This document shows positions 17,672-28,311 of a stretch of 64,000 nt of DNA, piece by piece. How positions within the stretch are numbered: position 1 is the first letter of the stretch; the number at the start of each line of letters is the position of its first letter. The notes beneath the pieces are model-generated. The model did not search any database. It saw only the letters and a list, made by a program, of their open reading frames with translations, and was not told the origin of the DNA. Source of the DNA: an uncultured Rhodospirillaceae bacterium (GTDB lineage Bacteria; Pseudomonadota; Alphaproteobacteria; Rhodospirillales; UBA2165); contig CAZSXT010000010.1 in assembly GCA_964611435.1 (NCBI GenBank), positions 26,336 through 90,335 of the forward strand, read 5' to 3'. Position numbers and translations under genes: made by a program.

Positions 17672-18950
17672 CCCGCCGGTCCGTTCTTTCGTTATTCAAT
17701 ATGGCCAGAATTTCTTCGGTAACGTGGTGGACCACCTGCTCTTTGGAGTCCACGTAGGACTGTCCATTGGCCGCCATTTTTTTGGTCTCTTCATTGTCAG
17801 CCAGAAGCCGGCCGATCGCCAAGGCAAGACCGGTGCCATCTTCAACTTGAAGGGCGCAGCCGGCGGCATTCATTTCCTCGGCAATTTCTTTGAAATTCAT
17901 CATGTGCGGTCCATGCACGACCGCACAATCGAGCCGGAGCGCTTCCAGCGGATTCTGTCCCCCCAAGGGCACCAGGGATTTGCCCATAAATACGATATCG
18001 GTCAGGCGATAGAAGAGACCCAGTTCGCCCATCGTGTCGGCCAGGTAGATATCCGTGCGGTCTTCAATGGGTTCGCCCTTGGACCGGCTTGCGACGCGCA
18101 AACCGGCGTTTTCCAGCGCTGCCTTTACCTCACCACCGCGTCCGGCGTGGCGGGGAACCAGAATTGTCAGCAATCCCGGATGATTATCTGAAAGGTCGCG
18201 ATGCACCTGGGCGGCGACAGTTTCCTCGCCGTCGTGGGTGCTGGCCGCCAGCCAACGGGGACGTCGGCTCATACTTTGTTCGAGCCGGATCAGTTCCTCC
18301 GTATCCGCCGGGAGCGGCGGGACGGCAAATTTCAAGTTTCCCAAACAGGCGGTGCGCCGCGCGCCCAATTGCCGGAGCCTGTCAGCATCCTCCTCGGTTT
18401 GGCCGAGGCACAGGGTAAAATCCCGCAGCAGCCGGGAAATGACCATGCGGGCCCGTTGCCAGCCGGCAAAGGACCGCGGCGATATCCGGCCGTTGACGAG
18501 GATCATGGGAATCTTCCGTAGCTGGGTTTCCAGGATCAGGTTGGGCCAGAATTCGCTTTCCGCCCACAGCGCCATATCGGGGCGCCAATGGTCCAAGAAG
18601 CGGCGGACATAGTTGGCCCGGTCGACCGGTACGAACTGATGAAAGGCGCGGTCCGGCAGTCTTTCCAGCATGATCTCGGCCGAAGTTACGGAGCCCGTGG
18701 TCAAGACCAGAGACAGGTCATCTGTCTCGCTAAGCAAGGCTTCGACCAAGGGCAGCATGGAAAGCGACTCACCCACGCTGGCGGCATGCAACCAGATGAG
18801 CCGGCCGTCCGGGCGAGGCAGGCTGGCCTTGCCCTTGCGCTCGGCGAAACGGGCCTGATCCTCTTTCCCCTCGGCCAGGCGTTTCTGCAGGTATATTTGG
18901 ATCAGGGGCGCACCGACAAAGGTCGCTGTCCGGTAAAGGGACAACATCAT
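17658..18950 (-). CDS. waaA: 3-deoxy-D-manno-octulosonic acid (Kdo) transferase
   Basis: IWLHAASVGESLSMLPLV motif, about 430 aa GT30 architecture, GGQNPLEA near the C-terminus. Confidence 0.92.
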   Translation of the reverse strand: MMLSLYRTATFVGAPLIQIYLQKRLAEGKEDQARFAERKGKASLPRPDGRLIWLHAASVGESLSMLPLVEALLSETDDLSLVLTTGSVTSAEIMLERLPDRAFHQFVPVDRANYVRRFLDHWRPDMALWAESEFWPNLILETQLRKIPMILVNGRISPRSFAGWQRARMVISRLLRDFTLCLGQTEEDADRLRQLGARRTACLGNLKFAVPPLPADTEELIRLEQSMSRRPRWLAASTHDGEETVAAQVHRDLSDNHPGLLTILVPRHAGRGGEVKAALENAGLRVASRSKGEPIEDRTDIYLADTMGELGLFYRLTDIVFMGKSLVPLGGQNPLEALRLDCAVVHGPHMMNFKEIAEEMNAAGCALQVEDGTGLALAIGRLLADNEETKKMAANGQSYVDSKEQVVHHVTEEILAILNNERTDRRDAAA

Positions 18951-19684
18951 GATGCGGCCCCTTTCGCGTCCATCGCAGCTTCCGGCGCCGGTTCCACGGC
19001 AGGTGTGCCGCAGAGTTCATCCGCTTCGTCGGTGATCCGGTTCAGTTCCGACTCCAACTGGCGGCGAAATTCTTCCATACGATCATCGTCTGCGTCCTTG
19101 GGCACATGGATTGGCGTTCCCCAGACATAGACGCCTCGGGCGAAAAGGCCCGGCAATAGAAACCTGTCCCAACTGTTCACCAGGCGGCGCCGGCTGACTC
19201 CATAGGCAGCTGGCAGGATCGGTACGCCGGTAAGCTTGGCCAGGGCGACCGGACCCATGCTGGCCCGCATGCGGGGCCCCCTCGGTCCATCCGGCGTGAT
19301 GCAGACACTGCCGCCGTTTTTGATGATCCGAACCATACCCCTCAGTGCTTCGCTCCCGCCGCGGCGCGTCGATCCGGCCAGGGAATTGAACCCAAAATGC
19401 CGAACCATGCCGGCCACCAATTGACCATCGGCATGAGATGAAATGAGCAGGTGGATATCCCGGCGCCGGTCCCAATTGTATCCCATCATCAACAGCCGGC
19501 CGTGCCAGAAACAGGCGATGAAGGGCTGGTTCTGGTCCCAGAACTTCTCGGGCGCATCCCGGCGCACCGTGTGCCAACCGCCCGTCATGTGCACCACCCG
19601 GATCATCTGTGCGGCGAACCAGCATACCAGGGCGCGGAGCGCGGGGTTCCGGGAAAAGCTCTTGATGAAGGCAGGCGTCGCCAT
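18947..19684 (-). CDS. DUF374 / lysophospholipid acyltransferase family protein of the LPS operon
   Basis: ACFWHGRLLMM...LISSHADGQLVAGMVRHFGFNSLAGSTRRGG...ITPDGPRGP; ATG 19684 lies 7 nt after the msbA stop; the longer ORF to 19819 overlaps msbA. Confidence 0.8.
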   Translation of the reverse strand: MATPAFIKSFSRNPALRALVCWFAAQMIRVVHMTGGWHTVRRDAPEKFWDQNQPFIACFWHGRLLMMGYNWDRRRDIHLLISSHADGQLVAGMVRHFGFNSLAGSTRRGGSEALRGMVRIIKNGGSVCITPDGPRGPRMRASMGPVALAKLTGVPILPAAYGVSRRRLVNSWDRFLLPGLFARGVYVWGTPIHVPKDADDDRMEEFRRQLESELNRITDEADELCGTPAVEPAPEAAMDAKGAAS

Positions 19685-19691
19685 GGAAGCC

Positions 19692-21557
19692 TTATTCCCC
19701 GGCGTTGGCGACACCCATCTCGCGGGTGAGGGTTGGGTCGTGTTCGGCGGATTGTTGGTCACTGAACTGGAGCTGATACAGCCGGGCATAGATCCCGTCC
19801 TGGCCCAACAATTCAGCATGGGTGCCGGATTCAGCTAGTTTGCCGTCATCGATCACGTGGATCAGGTCGGCGTCCATCACCGTGGACAACCGGTGCGCGA
19901 TGACGATGGTGGTGCGACCCTTCATGAGAACCGTGAGCGCCGCCTGCACCTGGCGTTCACTTTCCGTGTCGAGGGCGGATGTCGCTTCATCCAATAGTAG
20001 AATGGGCGCGTCTTTCAACATGGCTCGAGCGATGGCCAAGCGCTGGCGTTGGCCGCCGGAGACTTTGGTGCCCCGCTCACCGACATACGTGTCGTAGCCG
20101 TCGGGCATGTCCATAATAAAATCGTGGGCGGCGGCGTTCTTGGCGGCCTGGATTATCTCCGCTTCGGTTGCGTCCGGCCGGCCATAGGCGATGTTGGCGC
20201 GCACCGTGTCATCGAAGAGCGTAATCTCCTGACTGACCAGGGCGATCTTGCTGCGCAGCGAGGAAAAGGTCACATCCCGGACATCCACGCCGTCGATGGT
20301 GATTGTCCCGGAATCCACATCGTAGAACCGGGGCACCAGATTCAGGATGGTCGACTTGCCCGCGCCCGACGGGCCGACTAGGGCCACCAGTTTTCCGGCG
20401 GGGGCGGAGATCGAAATGTCGTCAATAGCCGGCTGGCCGGGGAGGTAAGAGAAGGTGACGTTTTTGAGCTCTACCTCGCCACCACGAATGTCCAGTTCTT
20501 GCGCATCGTCTTTCTCCCGGATTGCCGGCTCCCGGTCCAGCAGCACGAACAGCCGCTGCGCGCCGGCGAGGCCTTCTTGCAGGGACGTGTTGAGATTGGC
20601 CAGACGCTTCATCGGCTCATAGGCCAGCAACAGTGCGGTGATAAACGCAAAGAAAGAGCCGGGATCCATGGATTGGTCGATGACCCGGAACCCGCCGTAG
20701 AAGATCACCAGAGCGACAGCTACGCCGCCCAGGGTTTCCATGATCGGGCTCGCCATGGCGCGGATGCGCGACGCCTTGAAAATCAGCTCGAACACCCGCT
20801 CGGCGATGGTCCGGACCCGATCCTTTTCATACTCTTCCATGCCGTAGGCCTTGACCACACGCGCGCCCTGGAAGGTTTGCTCCAACAGGGTGGTGAACTG
20901 CCCCATCTCTTCCTGCGTGTTGACAGTCACCTTGCGCATGCGCCGACCCAGCTTGACGATGGGCAAGATGGCGATGGGGAAGACGACAAAGGCGATCAGA
21001 GCCAGGATCCAGTCCTGCACGAACATGACAATGACCAAAAAGATCAGGGTCAGAAAATCCTTGCCGAAACCAGTAAGCGCATTGGAGACCGCCGCCCGCA
21101 TCATGTTGATGTCGATGGTGAACCGGGACAGCAGGCTACCGGTGGCCGTCCGGTGGAAAAACCCAAGTTCCATCCGGCTCAGATGGGCATACAGCCGGTG
21201 CTGGGTATCGGTGATAATTCGCTGGCCGACGAAGCTCATCAGCACAGCCTGACCGTAATTGGCGAGACCCTTGACCGCAAAAGTCACCAGGACCGCGAAG
21301 CCGATGGGCAGCAGAAATGCTTTGTTGCGGGCGACGAACACATCATTGATCACCGGCTTCATCAGCCAGGCGCTCAAAGCCGTCGCGCCGGCGACAAATG
21401 CCATGCACAAAAGCGCGAAAACGATCCAGCCGGCATAAGGCCGCACACTCTCAGCGAGCAGCCGTTTGACCAGCGCATACGTCGTGGTGCTTTGCACAGG
21501 GGCCGTGGTGCTTTGGGCAGGGCTCAATCCCTGATCTGAGTGAGGGGCGTCGGTCAA
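19692..21557 (-). CDS. msbA: Lipid A export ABC transporter, fused permease/ATPase
   Basis: Six-TM domain plus Walker A GPSGAGKST, signature VSGGQRQR, Walker B ILLLDEATSALD; position at the head of the waaA-lpxK operon. Confidence 0.85.
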   Translation of the reverse strand: MTDAPHSDQGLSPAQSTTAPVQSTTTYALVKRLLAESVRPYAGWIVFALLCMAFVAGATALSAWLMKPVINDVFVARNKAFLLPIGFAVLVTFAVKGLANYGQAVLMSFVGQRIITDTQHRLYAHLSRMELGFFHRTATGSLLSRFTIDINMMRAAVSNALTGFGKDFLTLIFLVIVMFVQDWILALIAFVVFPIAILPIVKLGRRMRKVTVNTQEEMGQFTTLLEQTFQGARVVKAYGMEEYEKDRVRTIAERVFELIFKASRIRAMASPIMETLGGVAVALVIFYGGFRVIDQSMDPGSFFAFITALLLAYEPMKRLANLNTSLQEGLAGAQRLFVLLDREPAIREKDDAQELDIRGGEVELKNVTFSYLPGQPAIDDISISAPAGKLVALVGPSGAGKSTILNLVPRFYDVDSGTITIDGVDVRDVTFSSLRSKIALVSQEITLFDDTVRANIAYGRPDATEAEIIQAAKNAAAHDFIMDMPDGYDTYVGERGTKVSGGQRQRLAIARAMLKDAPILLLDEATSALDTESERQVQAALTVLMKGRTTIVIAHRLSTVMDADLIHVIDDGKLAESGTHAELLGQDGIYARLYQLQFSDQQSAEHDPTLTREMGVANAGE

Positions 21558-21674
21558 AAGTGCCTCAACCGGTTGAAATACCTATTAAAGAGTCCGCCAA
21601 CATACCACGGACGGTACCCTCCCGCCAATCAGCACCGGTTTGTCTCTAGAAAAGGTTAAAGCGGGAGAATTCGC

Positions 21675-23018
21675 CTACTTCCCGGCGACGGTCATCCCGT
21701 CAACCCGGACCGTCGGGGAGTCGACGCCATACCGGAAGACCAGATCGTTCGCCGGGGTCAGGTTCAGGTACATGTCTTTCAAATTGCCGGCGATTGTCAC
21801 TTCGCTCACCGGATAGGCGATCTCGCCGTTCTCGATCCAGAAGCCGGCGGCGCCCCGGCTGTAATCGCCGGTGAGGCCGTTGACGCCGAAGCCGATTAAC
21901 TCGGTCACGTAAAAGCCGCTTTTAATGTCGCCGATGAGCCCCGCTACGTCGGTCTTGCCTGCTTCGAGATATAAATTTGTGGCGGACGGGCCCGGCGGGG
22001 AGCCAGTGCCGCGGGACGCATGCCCCGTCGTTTCCAAATCCAACTGCCGCGAGGAACGCAGGTCCAAAAACCATGTGGTCAATCGACCGTCTTCAATCAG
22101 ATTGCGCTTTTGGTTGGCGACGCCCTCACCGTCGAAGGGCTTGGACCGCAGGCCCCGGGGCCGGTGCGGGTCATCAACGATGGTGATGCCGTCGGCGAAG
22201 ACCTGTTCGCCCATCCGCTCTTTCAGGAAAGACGTGTTCCGCGCGATGGACGAGCCGTTCACGGCCGTCGCCAGATGGGACAATAATCCCCGCGCGACCC
22301 GCGTGTCATAGACCACGGGCACCTGTTCCGTCTTGGCTTTCTTCGGGTTCAGACGCTTTACCGCATTCTCGCCGGCGACGCGGCCGATCTCCTCAGGGCT
22401 CCGCAGGTCCGAAGCATAGACCGAGCCGGAATAATCATAGTCCCTCTCCATGGCGGTGCCTGTGCCCGCAAGCACAGCGGCGCTCAGGGAAAAGTGCGAC
22501 CCGGAATAGCTTTGGGCAAAGCCATTGGTCGCGGCGACAGCCACATCAACCCGGCCCCAGCCAGCCTCCGCGCCTTCTGAATTGGTGACGCCCTCGACGG
22601 CGCGTGCGGCCGCCTCGGCCCGGTTGGCCCAATCGATCAACGTCTCCGCATCGGGCTCCGTCGGATCAAAGGCGTCGATTTCCACGATCTTGGTGGCCAG
22701 CTGATCCGGATCGGCGATGCCACAATAGGGGTCTTCGGGAACGGATTTTGACATGGCGACAGCGCGCTCCACCAGCTCGTCCAGGGAATCGGGCGCCGTG
22801 TCGGAGGAGGAGACAATCGCCTGGCTTTTGCCGGAAAAGACCCGCAAGCCCACATCCATGCTTTCGGAGCGTTCCAGTTTTTCCGCCATGCCGAGACGCT
22901 GAGCCACGGCTAGGGATACGGATTCGATATACACCGCATCCGCCGCATCCGCGCCCGCGGCTTTCGCTCTTTTGAGAAGCGAGTCGAGAAGATCAAGCAT
23001 CGGGGCCGCGTCGGTCAT
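21675..23018 (-). CDS. pmbA: TldD/PmbA family metalloprotease (PmbA)
   Basis: Full-length 447 aa TldD/PmbA-like sequence with C-terminal GDYSRGAAGFWIENGEIAYPV. Confidence 0.88.
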   Translation of the reverse strand: MTDAAPMLDLLDSLLKRAKAAGADAADAVYIESVSLAVAQRLGMAEKLERSESMDVGLRVFSGKSQAIVSSSDTAPDSLDELVERAVAMSKSVPEDPYCGIADPDQLATKIVEIDAFDPTEPDAETLIDWANRAEAAARAVEGVTNSEGAEAGWGRVDVAVAATNGFAQSYSGSHFSLSAAVLAGTGTAMERDYDYSGSVYASDLRSPEEIGRVAGENAVKRLNPKKAKTEQVPVVYDTRVARGLLSHLATAVNGSSIARNTSFLKERMGEQVFADGITIVDDPHRPRGLRSKPFDGEGVANQKRNLIEDGRLTTWFLDLRSSRQLDLETTGHASRGTGSPPGPSATNLYLEAGKTDVAGLIGDIKSGFYVTELIGFGVNGLTGDYSRGAAGFWIENGEIAYPVSEVTIAGNLKDMYLNLTPANDLVFRYGVDSPTVRVDGMTVAGK

Positions 23019-23021
23019 GGT

Positions 23022-24530
23022 CTATTTCCAAATGGATGTGCCGCTGCCAGGCAGGCCTAGGTTCTCCCACATCTGATCCACCTTCTCAATCACCTGATCG
23101 CTCATGCGGATTTTGCGGCCCCAATCCCGGTTGGTCTCCCCGGGTAGTTTGTTGGTGGCATCCAGGCCGATCTTGCCGCCGAGCCCCGAAATAGGCGACG
23201 CGAAGTCTAGGTAGTCGATGGGCGTGTTGTCGATCAGGGTGACATCGCGGACCGGATCCATCCGGGTCGACATGGCCCAGATTACATCGTTCCAATCCCG
23301 CGCATTGATGTCGTCGTCCACCACGATGACCATTTTGGTGTAGAGAAACTGCCGCAAATAAGACCAGACCGCCATCATGATCCGCTTGGCATGCCCGGCG
23401 TAGGCCTTCTTGATGGAGACAACGGCGACCCGGTAAGAGCAGCCTTCCGGCGGCAGCCAGAAATCGACGATCTCCGGAAACTGCTGAGACAAAAGCGGGA
23501 TGAACAGCTCGTTCAGCGCCTCGCCCAGCACGGACGGTTCGTCCGGCGGCCGGCCGGTGAAGGTAGAGAGATAAATAGGATCACGGCGCATGGTGATGGC
23601 GCTGGCGGTGAACACCGGGAATTGTTCCACCGAATTGTAATAGCCGGTGTGATCGCCATAGGGCCCCTCGTCGCCAAAGTCGTTGAGAGAGACATGACCC
23701 TCTATGACGATTTCCGCCTCCGCCGGAACCTTAATCGGCACAGTCTTGCATTCGGTCAGCGCCACTTTCTCGTTTCTGAGCAATCCCGCGAATTGATATT
23801 CGCTCATCGTGTCAGGCACCGGTGCGACGGCGGCCAGAATCGTGCCCGGGTCCGCGCCAATGACCACGGCGGCGGGAAGAGGCTCTGACGCGTTGTCCTT
23901 ATGACCGGCATAATGCTGCGCCCCGCCCCGGTGTTTGAGCCAGCGCATAAGCGTCGTGTTCTTGCCGGTGACCTGCATCCTGTAGATGCCAAGATTGAAC
24001 CGGTCGTCGCCGGGCCGGTTCGGATCCTCGGTCACCACCAACGGCCAGGTGATCAGGGGCGCCGGCTCGCCCGGCCAGCACATTTGGATGGGCAGTTTCG
24101 CCAAATCAATGTCATCACCCTGCCAAACCACTTCCTGACAGGTTGCGCTGCTAGATGTTTTCGGCTTCATGGCCATGGCGGTCTTGACCAGGGGCAGCAT
24201 ATCGAAGGCCTCCCGCCAGCCGGCCGGGGGCTCGGGCTGGCGCAGGAAGGCCAATGTCTCGCCCAACTCCCGCAGGGTCTCTGGCTCCCGATCCATGGCC
24301 CAGGCAACCCGTTCCACGGTGCCGAACAGGTTGACTAGCACGGGATAGTCGCTTTTTTCGCCGTCTGCCTTGATGACATTCTCAAACAGCACGGCCGGGC
24401 CGTTTTGGGCCAGCAGCCGGGTCTGAATTTCGGTCATTTCCAGATGGGTCGAGACGGGTTCGTGCACCCGGACCAAACGGTCCGAGGCTTCCAGCTTGGC
24501 AATAAAGTCCCGTAAATTACGATAGGCCAT
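23022..24530 (-). CDS. ubiD: UbiD-family decarboxylase (4-hydroxy-3-polyprenylbenzoate decarboxylase)
   Basis: [22 protein letters not shown]...; [11 protein letters not shown] prFMN/metal site region; about 500 aa. Confidence 0.93.
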   Translation of the reverse strand: MAYRNLRDFIAKLEASDRLVRVHEPVSTHLEMTEIQTRLLAQNGPAVLFENVIKADGEKSDYPVLVNLFGTVERVAWAMDREPETLRELGETLAFLRQPEPPAGWREAFDMLPLVKTAMAMKPKTSSSATCQEVVWQGDDIDLAKLPIQMCWPGEPAPLITWPLVVTEDPNRPGDDRFNLGIYRMQVTGKNTTLMRWLKHRGGAQHYAGHKDNASEPLPAAVVIGADPGTILAAVAPVPDTMSEYQFAGLLRNEKVALTECKTVPIKVPAEAEIVIEGHVSLNDFGDEGPYGDHTGYYNSVEQFPVFTASAITMRRDPIYLSTFTGRPPDEPSVLGEALNELFIPLLSQQFPEIVDFWLPPEGCSYRVAVVSIKKAYAGHAKRIMMAVWSYLRQFLYTKMVIVVDDDINARDWNDVIWAMSTRMDPVRDVTLIDNTPIDYLDFASPISGLGGKIGLDATNKLPGETNRDWGRKIRMSDQVIEKVDQMWENLGLPGSGTSIWK

Positions 24531-24748
24531 GCCCGCTATAGGAAGAATTCACCCCGGAAGGTCAAGGCAATTCCGGTTACCGGTGACAACCTGTTACAAC
24601 GATTAACGCCTTATAACTCTTATGATTATTGCGCCGGAACGGGAACGTGGATACCCTGATCGGCACAGATCGGTGCATCCGGTCGTTAAATTTACTGTTA
24701 ACCCCAACTGATATGACGAATCCGATACCTCGGAAGGTTGGTAGTGCC

Positions 24749-26536
24749 ATGACTGAAGAACAGACAAACTCGCCGCAACAAGGGGCAGATGCCTATCTGC
24801 GGCTCATCGAATTGGGTATCGCGCTCTCTTCGGAGCTCGATCACAATCGCCTCATGGAGAAAATTCTGCTGGCGGCAAAGGATTTCACAAATGCCGACGG
24901 CGGCACGCTTTACCTGGTTCAGGATGACGGCAGCCTCGGTTTCGAGATTGTCCGAAACGATTCTCTCAATATCGCCATGGGTGGCACGACAGGCGTTGAG
25001 ATTAACTTTCCGAACATTCAAACCACCGACGCGGACGGAAACCCCAACCTGAACAATGTCGCCTCCGCCGCGGCCGTCCAAGGCAGGCTTATCAACGTAC
25101 GCGATGCCTACAGCTCCAACGAGTTTGATTTCTCCGGCACCAAGAAGTTCGACGACTCCACCGGCTACCACTCCCGGTCTTTCCTCACTGTTCCTTTAAA
25201 GAACCACGAGGAAGACGTTATCGGCGTCCTGCAGCTTTTGAACGCGGTCGATCCGGCGACCGGGGAGACGACCCACTTTTCGGACGAGATCGAACCGTTG
25301 ATTGAGGCCTTGGCCTCCCAAGCCGCGATCTCACTTAACAACCAGATGCTCTTGGAGGCGCAAAAAGAACTACTGAACGCCTTTATCGAGCTGATTGCCG
25401 GCGCGATCGACGCCAAGTCCGCCTACACCGGCGGTCACTGCCAACGGGTGCCGGAACTGACCAACATGCTGGCCAAGGCGGCGTGCGAGTCCAACGATCC
25501 CCGTTTTGCCGATTTCGACCTGACCGAAGACCAGTGGTACGAGCTGCACATCGCGGGCTGGCTGCACGATTGCGGCAAGGTGACCACGCCGGAATACGTG
25601 GTCGACAAGGCGACCAAACTTGAAACCATCTATGACCGTATCCACGAGGTGCGCATGCGCTTCGAGGTCCTGAAGCGGGACGCGGAGGTCGAGATGCTGA
25701 AGGCGGTGATCGCCGGCGGCAATGAACCCGAGTTGCGGGCCGCGTTCGAGGAGCGGGTCGCCAAGCTGGATGAAGACTTTGCCTTTGTTGCGGAAAGCAA
25801 TGTGGGGGGTGAGTTCATGGCCCCGGAGAAGGTCGATCGGGTCAAGGAAATCGCGGAGGAGACCTGGCAGCGGACGCTCTCCGACCGGCTCGGCATTTCC
25901 TATGACGAAGCCAAGCGAAAGGAGCGGGAGCCAGAGCCTGAACTGCCGGTGACCGAAAACCTGCTGTCGGACCGGTACGATCATATCGTCTACCGGGAAG
26001 AACGGGATCTGATGCCGCCCGACAACAAGTGGGGCTTCAACATGAAGGTGCCAGAGCACAAATTTAATTTGGGCGAGGTTTATAACCTTGGCATCGGCCG
26101 GGGCACGCTCACGGAAGAAGATCGCTACAAGATCAACGACCACATCGTGCAGACCATCATCATGCTGGAGGCCCTGCCGTTCCCGAAACACCTGAAGCGG
26201 GTGCCGGAATACGCCGGCGGCCACCACGAAAAGATGGACGGCACCGGCTATCCGCGCGGACTGGCGAAAGAAGACATGTCGATCCCGGCGCGGATTATGG
26301 CCATCGCCGATATCTTCGAGGCGCTGACCGCCGCCGACCGGCCTTACAAGGCGCCCAAAAAGCTCTCCGACTCGGTCAAGATCATGAGCTTCATGAAAAA
26401 AGACGCCCATATCGATGACGACCTGTTCGAACTGTTCCTGACCTCTGGGGTTTATCAGGAGTACGCGGAGAAATACCTCCTGCCGGAACAAATGGACGAA
26501 GTCGACATCGGCCAATACCTGGAGGTGGCGGAGTAG
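24749..26536 (+). CDS. GAF domain / HD-GYP domain protein (putative c-di-GMP phosphodiesterase)
   Basis: N-terminal GAF-like region; HD-GYP core HCQRVPELT...GWLHDCGK...GGHHEKMDGTGYPRGL; ATG 24749 with ggaagg SD. Confidence 0.88.
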   Translation: MTEEQTNSPQQGADAYLRLIELGIALSSELDHNRLMEKILLAAKDFTNADGGTLYLVQDDGSLGFEIVRNDSLNIAMGGTTGVEINFPNIQTTDADGNPNLNNVASAAAVQGRLINVRDAYSSNEFDFSGTKKFDDSTGYHSRSFLTVPLKNHEEDVIGVLQLLNAVDPATGETTHFSDEIEPLIEALASQAAISLNNQMLLEAQKELLNAFIELIAGAIDAKSAYTGGHCQRVPELTNMLAKAACESNDPRFADFDLTEDQWYELHIAGWLHDCGKVTTPEYVVDKATKLETIYDRIHEVRMRFEVLKRDAEVEMLKAVIAGGNEPELRAAFEERVAKLDEDFAFVAESNVGGEFMAPEKVDRVKEIAEETWQRTLSDRLGISYDEAKRKEREPEPELPVTENLLSDRYDHIVYREERDLMPPDNKWGFNMKVPEHKFNLGEVYNLGIGRGTLTEEDRYKINDHIVQTIIMLEALPFPKHLKRVPEYAGGHHEKMDGTGYPRGLAKEDMSIPARIMAIADIFEALTAADRPYKAPKKLSDSVKIMSFMKKDAHIDDDLFELFLTSGVYQEYAEKYLLPEQMDEVDIGQYLEVAE

Positions 26537-26554
26537 CGCTCGTTTCTTCTGGCC

Positions 26555-26639
26555 GTCATGCGCGGACCGGCGAAGCCGTGATCCGCGTATCCAATTACGC
26601 AAAACAAATATGGACCCACGGGTCAAGCCCGTGGATGAC
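26555..26639. repeat. Interspersed double-hairpin repeat, copy B (85 bp)
   Basis: gtcat...atgac termini; hairpin 1 tgcgcgga (26559-26566) / tccgcgta (26582-26589); hairpin 2 ccacggg (26616-26622) / cccgtgg (26628-26634). Confidence 0.75.
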
Positions 26640-26798
26640 GGCACTGAAAAGGCAGCCCCCCTTTTTGTTATTAATTGCAATTCATTCTCACTCGCATTAT
26701 ATAGGCCGGGCGAGAAGGATTGAATTCGGCTGTGCCGCCCGCTACATCCTTTGCTCGCGTTGACTTATACGTAGATTACATCGCAAAGGACCAACCGC

Positions 26799-27377
26799 AT
26801 GTCCCAGACCCCACTTGAACTTATCCGCACGAGGCGCTCCGTGGTGGCCGCCAATCTGGGCGAACCCGGTCCCACCCCGGACGAGATCGACACGATCATC
26901 GAATGCGGTTTGCGGGTGCCGGATCACAGCCGTTGCGGGCCGTGGCGAATCCAAGTGGTCGGCAAGGAAGGCCAGGCTAAGCTGGGCGAGCTCTACGCTG
27001 AGCTTTTTGCCAAGGAGCATCCGGAGGACGGACCCGAACGGGTGGAATATTGGCGCAACCGACCGTCGAACGCGCCCTTGCTGCTGGTGGTGACTTGCTA
27101 CCCCAATCAGGAGAAGATTCACAAGGTGCCGCTGATTGAACAGCTTATGTCCATCGGCGCGGCCTGCCAGAATATCCTCAATGGGGCCCACGCCCTAGGC
27201 TACGCCGCACAGTGGCTGACCGAGTGGCCCGCCTATAATGACGATGTCAAGAAACTGCTGGGCCATTCACCGGAGACGGACATCCTCGGATTTATCTTTG
27301 TCGGCACACCCACCGAGCCGCCGAAAGAACGCAACCGGATCGGCCCCGAAGACGTGGTTGCCCCCTGGAACGGCTAA
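26799..27377 (+). CDS. Nitroreductase family protein
   Basis: LELIRTRRSVVA N-terminus and about 190 aa length typical of NfnB/nitroreductase-fold proteins. Confidence 0.8.
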   Translation: MSQTPLELIRTRRSVVAANLGEPGPTPDEIDTIIECGLRVPDHSRCGPWRIQVVGKEGQAKLGELYAELFAKEHPEDGPERVEYWRNRPSNAPLLLVVTCYPNQEKIHKVPLIEQLMSIGAACQNILNGAHALGYAAQWLTEWPAYNDDVKKLLGHSPETDILGFIFVGTPTEPPKERNRIGPEDVVAPWNG

Positions 27378-27387
27378 GGAACTCCCC

Positions 27388-28311
27388 GTGTCCTATCAAA
27401 TCGAACGTATCGTTGACTGCGAGACCTATCTGGGGGAAAGCCCGGTCTGGGACGTGGAGTCCGGGTTATTCTACTGGGTGGACAGTACCGGCCGGCGCTC
27501 GGGCAAGGACAATGTATTCCGCCTTGATCCGAAATCCGGCAAGGTCGAAACCCGGTCCATCTCCGATCACGATATCGGTGCCCTGGCGGTGCGGAAGGAC
27601 GGCGGGCTGGTGCTGGCCAATGACGACGGGTTTTATTTCTATGATTTCGAGACGGAAGCGCTTGACCGGATCGTTGAGATCGAGGCGGACGAGCCTCGCA
27701 CCCGTTTGAACGACGGCAAGGTCGACCGGCGGGGACGGTTTATCGCCGGCGGCATGGATGACAAGGAAGAGCTGGGCATCTGCGGTCTCTGGCGGCTCGA
27801 TCCGGATTTGAGCGTGACCCGGATCGGGGGCGGCATCATCTGCACCAACGGGCCCTGCTGGTCCCCTGACGACAAGACCTTCTATGTCACCGACACGTTC
27901 CAGCATCAAATTTGGGCCTATGACTACGATATCGAGACCGGGTCCCTGTCCAATCAGCGGGTCTTTGCCTCCACCACAGGGGAACAGGGAATCAACGACG
28001 GCTCCACCGTGGACGCGGAAGGCTGCATGTGGACGGCGGAATTGGTCACCGGGGAGCTGGTGCGCCGCACCCCGGACGGCGATGTGGAGCGCCGCATCGG
28101 CATGCCGGTGAAGAACATCACCAGCGTGATGTTCGGCGGGGACAACCTGGATGAAATCTATGTCACGTCCATGGCTCGGGTGGATCACCCGGGCGCCGAA
28201 GCCCACGATCATTTTGTGGTGGAAACCAAGCCTCAGTTCGGGGCAGGCTCCCTATTCAAGGTCACCGGTCTGGGCATCCGGGGCGTGCCCGAACCCCGAT
28301 TCGGCGGCTAG
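27388..28311 (+). CDS. SMP-30/gluconolactonase/LRE family protein
   Basis: GESPVWD, RLNDGKVDRRGRF, PNGPCWSPD-like blades; GTG 27388 with aagga SD; the upstream ORF extension overlaps the nitroreductase gene. Confidence 0.85.
   Translation: MSYQIERIVDCETYLGESPVWDVESGLFYWVDSTGRRSGKDNVFRLDPKSGKVETRSISDHDIGALAVRKDGGLVLANDDGFYFYDFETEALDRIVEIEADEPRTRLNDGKVDRRGRFIAGGMDDKEELGICGLWRLDPDLSVTRIGGGIICTNGPCWSPDDKTFYVTDTFQHQIWAYDYDIETGSLSNQRVFASTTGEQGINDGSTVDAEGCMWTAELVTGELVRRTPDGDVERRIGMPVKNITSVMFGGDNLDEIYVTSMARVDHPGAEAHDHFVVETKPQFGAGSLFKVTGLGIRGVPEPRFGG

Noticed and set aside
20499-21539. 346-aa ORF antisense to msbA. Similar long shadow ORFs occur at 13191-14183 (antisense to xseA), 34080-35066 (antisense to mutL), 62271-63281 (antisense to ASST), 8514-9281 (antisense to phrB) and 43173-43988 (antisense to ribF).
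   Set aside because: All lie opposite genes with unambiguous family motifs and show no motifs of their own. This is expected in high-GC DNA, where stop codons are rare in antisense frames.
24686-24701. CtrA-box-like ttaaatttactgttaa upstream of the HD-GYP gene
   Set aside because: The half-sites are separated by 8 nt, not the 7 nt of the TTAA-N7-TTAAC consensus. It is a single occurrence, so a chance match in an AT-richer promoter region is likely.
25370-26680. 436-aa ORF antisense to the GAF/HD-GYP gene
   Set aside because: It lies entirely within and opposite a well-supported gene. The composition is typical of GC-rich antisense frames (R, G, P, V, L, H, D and Q rich, with no recognisable motif). 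Its N-terminus is a translation of the intergenic repeat (copy B).
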